A stretch of 59,207 nucleotides of DNA from Octopus bimaculoides (taxonomy: Eukaryota), in assembly GCF_001194135.2 (NCBI RefSeq), contig NC_068996.1, positions 25,415,328 to 25,474,534 on the forward strand, given 5' to 3'. A program made the position numbers and the translations under genes. Below, piece by piece: positions 50,045-59,207 of the stretch (position 1 is the first letter of the stretch; each line of letters starts with the position of its first letter). The notes below the pieces were generated by a model. That model was given only the letters and a program-made list of their open reading frames with translations. It did not search any database and had not been told where the DNA came from.

Positions 50045-50290
50045 AGACATATAGCTCAGTGGTTAAGGAGTTAGACTTACAATTAAGTCTTGGGTTCAAT
50101 TATCAGATGACATGGTGCACTGTTTCTTTGAGCAAGGGTCTTCATTTTGTGTTGCTGGAGTACACTCAGCTGAAAATTCATACCAGCTATATCTGAGGGT
50201 TAAACCCTATGATGGACTGGCATCTCAAACCATGGGGAGTTTTGTATTCTAGGGCCAAAATGTTTTGGAAATACAGATAAGCTTCAGACT
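50045..50290 (+). mobile_element. tRNA-derived SINE with Nin-like core
   Basis: tagctcagtggttaag (A box), gggttcaatt (B box), ttgagcaagg..ttgctggagtacactcagctg..aaaccctatgatggactggcatc. Confidence 0.65.
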
Positions 50291-50543
50291 CATGAGCTTA
50301 TAAACTTCTGCCAGACAGACACTTGTCCCATACTAAAAATAAAATTTGTGCAACTTCAAGGTAGTCTTTCTTGATGTTATTGGATTCCACCCTCAAAATT
50401 ATGGATAAAAAGGTAATTTTAGGTTGGATTAAATGCAACTGAATTTCATAGAGTTATACTGGAGAAGTCAACAGATATAAGACATTGGGATCAATCTAGT
50501 ACTAGGATCAATTTAATCAACTATGAATCAAGAAATGGAGTAC

Positions 50544-51161
50544 TTATTACCTCTGCCTTAATGAAGGTGGAGGTATTATTTTCAGTTGTGTTTGTTTGTT
50601 TGTCCATGGACAAGATATCTCAAGAACTGCTGGATGGATTTGGATGAAACTTTCAGAGATGTTTGGCCTCATGACTGGCACAAACTGATTAAATTTTGGG
50701 ATCAATCTGGTTCCAGACAAGGATTCTGAATTATTTGTTATATTTACTTTACTTTAAATGATTACGATCTTACGTTGACTTTCAAGTCTTTCTCAATTAT
50801 CTCTCTATAGGCTGTTTTCAAAGTTTTACTTTCATTTCTCTATTATTAATTTTACTCGCATCTCTATCTTAGTAGTAGAAACTGATGGATAAAGAAATCA
50901 AACTACATAAACAAACATCAGCAAATCCGTTCAGAAATTAAATAACACTAACATATTTTATAATATATATAATATATTTTACAATATATATATATATATA
51001 TATATATGCGCAGGAGTGGCTGCTTACCAACCACATGGTTCCGGGTTTAGTCCCACAGCGTGGCACCTTTGGCAAGTGTCTTCTGCTATAGCCTCGGGCT
51101 GACCAAAGCCTTGTGAGTGGATTTGGTAGATGGAAACTGAAAGAAGCCTGTCGTATATATG

Positions 51162-51194
<33 letters not shown>

Positions 51195-51879
51195 TTGTCC
51201 CCCCCCCCCAACATTGCTTGACAACCGATGCTGGTGTGTTTACGTCCCTGTAACTTAGCGGTTCAGCAAAAGAGACCGATAGAATAAGTACTAGGCTTAC
51301 AAAGAATAAGTCTTGGGGTCAATTTGCTCGACTAAAGGCAGTGCTCCAGCATGGCCACAGTCAAATGACTGAAACAAGTAAAAGAGTAAAAGAGAGATAT
51401 ATATTATACATACATCTATACATTGATTTAAAACAACAGGAATACTAAAGGAAGGCCACAATTTAAGAGAAGAGAAAACCAAAATGTCTCATGTTATTCA
51501 TTTAAAAATTCCTGAGTAGAACTTATTACTATTACCTCTACCTTTGAAACTATTTTGAATGGTGAATTTGTTAACTATGGCTTGTATTAGATAAAGATAA
51601 ACTATTTATTACTGTTACTAAATTTTCTACAGCCACTTTCACATTCCGTGACTATCACTGGAACTGATCAGGTACTGGATAAAGATTCTGGATTATTTTT
51701 CTGTTATTTTTTTTTTACTTTATTTTTGAGAGCAGTCGGGTTCATTTTTAGTATTCTCGTTTGTGAGAGCAGTTGAATTTATTTCAGATATTCTCATTTT
51801 AAAAATCATCTCTGGTTAATCATTGAGAGGATGTTGGTGTTGCCTTGGCAGAGGTTTGCACTCTCTGAGTGCTCTTGTT
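50544..51879 (+). mobile_element. Helentron-associated (HINE-like) element split by nested insertions
   Basis: 5' ttattacctctgccttaatgaaggtggagg hairpin; 3' ccttggcagagg sub-TIR plus hairpin gcactctctgagtgc (51858-72). Left part to ~50740, right part from ~51658. Confidence 0.6.
51008..51395 (+). mobile_element. Full-length tRNA-derived SINE
   Basis: gcgcaggagtggct..ccgggtttagtccc..internal (TA)/(TG) tract..gtcaaatgactgaaacaagtaaaagagtaaaagag tail. Confidence 0.88.
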
Positions 51880-52329
51880 ATTTATGTAATTATTAACTGT
51901 TGTAATCATTAGTTATTATTATACTGATGTACAATCCACAATTTACAATTTAAGTGGAGTAATAATACTGGTGTCAGAATATAAATCTTATTATTAGATA
52001 ACAGATGAAACACGAAAATGTAAAGCCTTTATCAGCTGTATTAGTATTTATTTGCATCCCCATACTTGTATTTTTTCTAATGTGCCTCTTGGTCGGGAAA
52101 ATTGCCCAGGGGACAAATTATCTGGGGCTAGTTGTCCTAGAATCATCTTCATGTAGAACAGGAGGCAATAAAATTTGCTCTGCAAGCTGTTACTACTAAC
52201 AGATAGGTAAACTGAATCCTTGACACAGCAGTGTGGGCTGGTAGTAGAATTCAAATTGATGAATGTCATGTTACCCAAGAGGGACAGTTACCCCACCACC
52301 ATCACAACTCAACCGTCAGGACCCAAAAA

Positions 52330-52590
52330 ATGAAAGGCAGAACTGCCCTCGACGGGATTTGAACTCAGAACGTACACAGCCGGTAGAAATACCACGAAAT
52401 GCTCAAACTTTAATATTGGTGTCAAATTTTTGGCACAAGGGCAGTAATTTCAGAGGAGGGTATTTATTTTATCAACCCCGAAACGATGAAAGGTAAAGAC
52501 AACCTCGGCGGATTTTCAGCTTAAAACGTGAAGATGACACTAAGTATTTTGCCCGGTGTACTTAATAATATTGCCAGATTGTCGCCTTAA
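52330..52590 (-). mobile_element. Two adjacent or nested SINE copies
   Basis: gatgaaagg..acctcggcggattt..gaactcagaacgta..ttttgcccgg..ttgccag..cgcctta. Confidence 0.65.
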
Positions 52591-53006
52591 CTAAAGGTGT
52601 AATATTAATTGCTATTGTAGTTTCAGAAAAAAAAAAAACACCTTCTAAGGGAGAATACTCTGAATTAGTTATCCGTTATAAATTTCTGGTTCGCCTGTAA
52701 TGACAGGAACTAATAATCGATGGAAAACTACCAAAGACACGAGTCAAATTACTCAATGCTACCACTGTTTACAACAGAAGCCTATTCCTTGGTACCTATT
52801 TACAGCTCAACTAACCGAATTAATGTATGCCAAATGTTTGGTGACAGGATAAACCAGCTTTCGGTGATTCAAGTTAACTCATTGCTGTCCATGAATATCT
52901 AAATGTGCATGCACACACGTGTAAATAATACATTCAAACACACAGATCTATGTATGCGTATATAAATACACACACACACACACACCTATCTACGTTTATG
53001 TGTATT

Positions 53007-53739
53007 CGAGAGGTACCCAAAAGTAACCAGAAACGTTCTCTGTGGGACAAACCAGTTGTAGTTCAGGCTTCCGCCGCTAGAAGTCACTTGATGCAATCCT
53101 AGGACATTAGTCTGTCGACCGGCGTCGTCGGCTGATGTCGTAATTCCTTGTGGTGCGTCTTTGTTTTGCAGTGCTTCTCCCTCTATTTGTTGATTTTTAC
53201 GCGAAGGCTGAAACGAAGGAATAATGTGCTTCCGCGAAATTCTGTTTTCTTCTGGGGAAAACGGCGGCCGAAACAGTTGTCATGCTTCAAACAGCTTACA
53301 AGGACGCTGCCATGAGCAAAACAAGTTTACAAGTGGTTTTCACATTTTAGGAATGGTCACTTGTTGCTTGAAGACCAACCTTGTTCAGGACGACCGTCGA
53401 CCTCCAGAACGAATGAAAACATGAAAATTCATGAACTGATCTTAAAGGAGCGTCACTGTATAATTGATGAACTTGTTGATATGACGAGTGTGTTCTCGCG
53501 CTCCTGCCAACGAATTTTGAGCGAGGAATTGCAAATGAAAAGAGTTGCAGCAACGATGGAGGCGTTACAAGGCATCACTTTGCAAGAGATCCGGCATTGC
53601 TTCGAACAGTGGAAAACGTGTCTGGACTGATGCATTGTTTAAATGGAGAATACTTTGAGGCGATAAAAGTATAAACATGTAAATCTTAGGTGAATAAAAT
53701 AACATTGCAAAATTCCTGTTTCTTTTGGGTACCCCTTCG
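53007..53739 (+). mobile_element. Internally deleted mariner element
   Basis: TIRs cgagaggtacccaaaag / cttttgggtaccccttcg plus TA. Transposase N-half (VYKWFSHFRNG..LEDQPCSGRPSTS..SEELQMKRVAA) is fused directly to the C-terminus (ALQGITLQEIRHCFEQWK..GEYFE); the DDD core is missing. Confidence 0.88.
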
Positions 53740-54579
53740 TATGTATGAACAAGTATAACTGTGTGGTTAAGAACTTAGAAATTTGTTTTATAGCTATGAG
53801 GTTTTAGTGTCAATCCACTGCACAGTGTTTATCCATCTTTTGTCTTCTTATATATGCACATATATATATATGTAGGTATGTATGTTAAAAAAAATAGACT
53901 CAAGTGAGATGTCTTAAGTATAGGACTATCAATTGAGATGTATTTCACTGTGCTACACCAGAGATCTCTTTTCCTGAATTTCTCTGTGTTTCTCCATTAT
54001 TTTTGCAAGCTCCCCAATTTCATGCTCTCTGGCTCAAGTAGTGATGTTAATATAGTTGTGTGGTCTTTATCCTTTCAAACTTAACATCTGATATGACCTG
54101 TTGTTCAGCACAATAGCAGTAGCCAGCAAAGCTCTTCTTGCATTGAGCAACAATGGTAGTTTGGTGGAATGTGTCCATAAAGTTTCTGTTTGGTCATGTG
54201 ACCACACCATGAGATATTTTGAACCTTCATGAGATGCTTGGTGTATGTATCACCAAAATGATCTTGAAGCTCCTCTTTCATAATCCAGATCCATGGAATA
54301 TAATATTCTCTTCAGATGCCCTAAAGAAAGCAAACCTTGTTGATTTTGTCAAATGTTGTGAAGATTATTAAATGTACTCTAGGTTAGTTCCCTCCATATA
54401 AGGAAAGCTTTCTTACTACCAGCAATGTAGGACTCAAATTTCTTGAAGTTATTGACATCCTTATGTTGTATGTTAATGTTGAAACAAGTGAGCAGGTGGC
54501 TTTCATCTTCATTGATGGTCATGGAATCAGGCCCTTTTGCATTAGAAAAACATACTAACTTTGGATGTTAACAGGTCTT

Positions 54580-54800
54580 GCACATCACAAACTTGATTAT
54601 AAGCATAGTCACACTAGGCCCCATTGCAGGTTTTTTCAGCTTCCATGTTTTCCTTCCCTCTATTGTCTTCTTTCTCTGTGTTTGCCTACTTCTGACTTTG
54701 AAGTCACTAACCACAAATCTATGCTGAGTTGTGCATTCTTCACTAGGAAAGGTTTTGGTATTTATAAAGGTTTGCACATCTATCCTGTTACCTGGTGAGA
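54580..54800 (-). mobile_element. RTE LINE endonuclease C-terminal fragment
   Basis: KTFPSEECTTQHRFVVSDFKVR..RKTWKLK; homologous to 4830-4990. Confidence 0.7.
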
Positions 54801-55136
54801 CTAAAATCTATCTGACCCTGGTGTTTGCCATGATGAGGTGATTGAATGTGTGTGTATATCAGAACTTAACTACAGCTCCTGGTGGTCCAAAGCAGATATG
54901 CAATTTGAGAGTCTTTTCAAAACATTATCTGGTTTAAAAAGCCACATCAGATGCCACGATGTTTCTAAGGTGTAGGTACAGGAGGCGGTCAAACTCTGCA
55001 TAAAGAGTAGACAACCACCCTACCATACACACACACACACACACACCTTTATGTTTGTTTTTATGTTCAGTTATAATGAAAGCAATTTTACATTAATCAT
55101 GTGTTACTCTATACTATTCTCATACAAGAATGTTGT

Positions 55137-55280
55137 TGACAGTGACTTTGAAGTTTCGGCCAGCTAGGCCATCATAGGACTATAATGCATTAGAATTAAT
55201 CATGCTTTTATATAGTCTCTAACTCTAATGCTTTGCAGTCTGATGATGACTTAGCTGGCCGAAATTTCAAAGTCACTTGT
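55137..55280. ncRNA. Inverted pair of hammerhead-like motifs (Penelope/retrozyme-type)
   Basis: Plus: GCAGU-CUGAUGA(55240-46)-U-GACU/UAGCU/GGCC-GAAA(55261-64)-UUUCAAA-GUC(55272-74)-ACU. Minus copy: AGU-CCUAUGA-U-GGCC/UAGCU/GGCC-GAAA-CUUCAAA-GUC-ACUGU. Confidence 0.65.
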
Positions 55281-55695
55281 ATCATCATCATCATCATCAT
55301 CATCGTTTAACGTCCGCTTTCCATGCTAGCATGGGTTGGACGATTTGACTGAGGACTGCTGAAACCGGATGGCAACACCAGGCTCCAATCTAATTTGGCA
55401 GAGTTTCTACAGCTGGATGCCCTTCCTAACGCCAACCACTCAGAGAGTGTAGTGGGTGCTTTTACGTGTCACCCGCACGAAAACGGCCACGCTCGAGATT
55501 GTACATCTTATGTGCCACCCGCACAAGAGCCAGTCCAGGGGCCCTGGCAACGATCTCACTTGGCTTGCCGGGTCCTCCCACGCACAGCACATCTCCAAAG
55601 GTCTTGGTCAGTAGTCATCGCTTCGGTGAGGCCCAATGTTCGAAGGTCCTGCCTCACCACCTTAGCCCAGGTCCTCCTGGGCCCACCTCTTCCAC
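55281..55695 (-). mobile_element. RTE LINE 3' end with (ATG)n tail, young copy
   Basis: Minus strand reads GRGGPRRTWAKVVRQDLRTLGLTEAMT then a 3' UTR; tail (CAT)n on plus; matches 9089-9272. Confidence 0.85.
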
Positions 55696-56859
55696 GTATA
55701 TATAGTGTGTGTGTTTATATACATGTGTGTGTGTGTGTGTGTTTACATCTATATATGTTTGTGTATGTGTGTATAAATCTTTTACTCATTTGTTTAACAG
55801 CCAGTTTTTCATGCTAACATGAGTTAGAGGAGGAGTTATTTGAAGCAGAACTCTACATCAAGTCCAGTACTTGACTGGCACTTTATTTTATCAACCCTCA
55901 AAAAAGATGATAGGCAAAGTTAACCTTGGTGGACTTCGAGTTCAGAATGCGCTAATACTTCTTCCAGCTCACCACCTTAGAATGACTGGTCATGATATTA
56001 ACAGGCAATCACTGCTTTGCTCATATAAGCAACAGCTACATCTCAACATACATGTGCATGTGCGCACACAAATGAACACACACGCATCAATATTATCATC
56101 ATCATTAACATCTTTTTTTCATGCGGGCATGGGCTGGATGATTCGCCATGAATGAATGAGCCAGAAAGCTGCACCAAGTTCTAATGTCTGCTTTGATATG
56201 GTTTCTACAGCTGAATGCCCTCCTGAATGTTAACTATTTCACTGAGTGGCCTGATTAGAAGTGGAAGAGGATACACTGAAAGTATTGTTGCTAGAATAAG
56301 AACTGGCTGGAGAAAGTTTAGAGAACTTTTATCTCTATTGGTAACAAAACATTCTCTCTCTCACAGATGCCTGAGCAGAAAACAACAATGCCATATAGTT
56401 TTGAAATTTGAGCTGTGAATGCGAAGACATGCAAAAACTAGTAAGAAATGTGACTAGCATGTTTCAATGTGTGTGTGTGAATCTACAAACAAACATACAG
56501 AACATCTAAGGGTGTATTTTTTTCCCTCTGAAGAGATTATGCTCAGAAATATGAATTTAAATATTTAATTAATTCCACTGTGTATAATTGAAACAGCTGT
56601 AAGGGATAATGATCGATTTGTTGCTGATAATAAACTATTATTAACTTCAAAATATCCATTTTCTTCTTTTTCCTTTATATATATATCAACTAGACATAAG
56701 AGGAATCAGATGAAAACATATTCCCCATTGGTTTGGAAAACAGGAAAATGGCGAGAAGGTGCTTTTATGCAATGTTTCTAAATATAAAGAATGCATAGGA
56801 GAAAAGAGAGGCTACCTCATACTGACCCTAGAGAAGGGCCACAAATTCAAGTTGTCAAC

Positions 56860-57510
56860 AGCATGGTAGATAAAGTAGTCAAACATATGAAGAGAGGGAA
56901 AGCTGCTAGCTGCTAGTTCGTCATGGATAGTTGTAGAGACTCAAAATATCTAAGCGAGTTAAAATACATGGTTACTACCAGGGAAGTAAATCTAGTTATG
57001 CAAGAATGCATCATAACTAATGATTAGTGTAGCAGTATTATAATAAACTACCACAAAAGCAAAGGAGATGCTTAAGAGAGATGAAATTTATAAAAGAAAT
57101 CAAAGTACAGGATCAGGTTATGAAGGTCAAGGAGAAAGTCATACCACAAATTGATCTGAAACAGAGTAGATCTAAATGAGGTGCAATCTGGTTTTATCCC
57201 TGGAAAAGGTACCATAGATGTAATCTTCTGAGTGAGACAACTGCAGGGAAAATATTTGGCTAAGAATAAACTACTACTAAAATTTGTTGACTCAGAGAGG
57301 GCTTTTGGTAGGGTACCACATACAGTAATCAAGTGGTTACTAAGGAAACTCACTGTTGGTGAACAGTGAGGGTTGTACCAGCCATGTATTGCATCGAGGT
57401 GTAAAGTGAGACAATGCATTCAGTGATGGATTTAGTGTGAGGTAAGAAGTCCATCAATTTTCAGTCTTCTCTTCAATTCTCTCCCATTTTTCATCAATGG
57501 ATTTAAGACT
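56860..57510 (+). mobile_element. RTE LINE RT N-terminal fragment
   Basis: KHMKRGKAA; LNEVQSGFIPGKGTIDVIF*VRQLQGKY..FVDSERAFGRVP. Confidence 0.75.
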
Positions 57511-57544
57511 GGATGATTTAGAAGTTGATGATCTAGTTCTCATA

Positions 57545-57601
<57 letters not shown>

Positions 57602-58440
57602 TTAACATCTGTTTTCCATGCTGGCATGGGTTTGACAGGAGCTGACCAGCTGAAGGGCTGTACAAGCTCCATGCCTGTTTTGGCATGGTTTTTATGGCTG
57701 GATGCTTTTCCTAATGCCAACCACTTTACAGAATGTACTGGGTGCTTTTATGCAGCACTGGCAAGGGTATTTTTTACATAGCCCAAGCACCTACAAGCCT
57801 GCAAGCTTAGTGATGCTCAGCTGGAGAGGGTTGCAGGGGACAAGCCTGTATGCAAGAGCAGCCATGGTTTTACTTGGCTTGACGTGTCTTTTCAAGCACA
57901 GTAAACCGCTCTCATCCCCTCCGTGAGTCCCAACATCTGTAGATCCTTTCTCACCACTTCGTCCCATGTCTTTCTGGGTCTACTCCTTCTGAATGTTCCT
58001 TCTACAATTAGAGATCAGCACCTCTTGATGCAACTGTCTTCATTCATACCCATTACGTGGCCATACCAACACAGTCTTCTCTCTTGCACACTACATCTCA
58101 TGCTACGTATACCCAGTTTTTCTCTCAAATCACTTACACTCTGTTGTATATGCACACTGACGTTACCCATCTATACTGGTTTCATTTCTTTCAAATCTCA
58201 GTAGTCACACCCCATATCTCACTGTCATGCAGCACAGCTGTTTGTACACAGGCATCATGCAATCTACTTTTCACTCTGAGTGAGTGGCTCTTCATTACTA
58301 ACAGAGGTAGAAGCTCTCTGAACTTCACCCAGCCTATTCCTATTCTAGTAACTATGCTTTTGGAACAACCACCCTCACTACTAACTTGGTCACCTAAGTA
58401 ACAGAAACTGTCTACTACTTTTAGGGATCACCCCTGGAAT
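57545..58440 (-). mobile_element. RTE LINE 3' ~900 bp with long (ATG)n tail
   Basis: VVDSFCYLGDQVSSEGGCS..IGWVKFRELLPLL..RLHDACVQTAVLHDSEIW; (CAT)n 57545-57601. Confidence 0.85.
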
Positions 58441-59164
58441 ATGAGGGAGTCTATTTCTTGTATATTCCTGGTGTTTCATGTACCTGCGCATCTGCCATTG
58501 AGATTTCATTACAAATCATTTTTTCTCTTTTATAATTAAATTTTAATGGGTTGACCATATCAACTAGAAAAGAAACCTCTCTGTCTATCTTTCCCCGACT
58601 TTGCTTTTCTTCTACTTTCTCAATTGTCCTGCTCTCTATCTCCTTCTTTTTCTCCTTTTCTCCAAAAAACAAAATTTTTTCCCCTTCTAAACAAACAAGG
58701 AAACCTCTCTCTCTCTCTGTCTATTTTTCCCCCCTCTCCTGTTTGTTTTTTTTTCTTGATTGTCCTGCTCCCTACCTTTCTCTCTTTCTCCCTTTCTTCA
58801 AAAAAACAAAAAAAAATCCAATTCCCATAAAAAATGAGGAAACATTTTTATTATCTTGGTTTTGATTTTTGTCTTGAAGAGTTCAGTTAAACAAACGAAA
58901 GCACTAATAAAGAATTATCCCAAATTCCCCCTTTCTCTCAATATATATATACATACATACCATAAATCCTCGAATGCAGGGGATTTTTAGGGGGCTGTAC
59001 CTCTGAAAAACCTAAACCTTGTGTATAATACGCACCCCTTCTCTAACTTGAGTCAAGGAGGTCTATATAACGTCCTTGGTTTGTAAACGTATATACAGTA
59101 ACATCCTTTATTATTATTGTATATATATAACATAATGCAAACGTGTCGCTTTTTTTGTGCCCGT

Positions 59165-59207
59165 TTCAGTCATTTGACTGTGGCCATGCTGGAGCATCAC
59201 CTTTAGT
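59165..59207 (-). mobile_element. SINE 3' fragment running off the window
   Basis: tttcagtcatttgactgtggccatgctggagcatcacctttagt. Confidence 0.75.

Overview
AT-rich eukaryotic draft-assembly DNA with seven N-gaps, dense in microsatellites and transposon debris. The repeat families (tRNA-derived SINEs, RTE LINEs with (ATG)n tails, TTAACCCT...AGGGTTAA MITEs) resemble those I know from Octopus; the species is an inference. Most ORF-track entries are spurious. I reconstructed by hand one intron-containing minus-strand gene that the track misses: six phase-compatible GT-AG exons (43640 to 28288). It encodes a single-pass membrane protein with a ~85-aa alpha/beta domain, a Thr-rich mucin stalk, a TM helix and a tail carrying NPF, FQNPVY and a C-terminal S-T-I PDZ-type motif. 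Its signal-peptide exon was not found. Other highlights: type-I hammerhead ribozyme motifs (40417-40475 and an inverted pair at 55137-55280), a candidate spliced antisense RNA over the TM exon, candidate 15-18 nt micro-exons, a foldback with a (TTAGGG)n/(CCCTAA)n core, two Tx1/L1 3' ends abutting the same ~30-bp sequence, a ~3.4-kb intronic minisatellite, two mariner elements and many RTE/CR1 fragments. All coordinates were counted by eye; no database searches were run.
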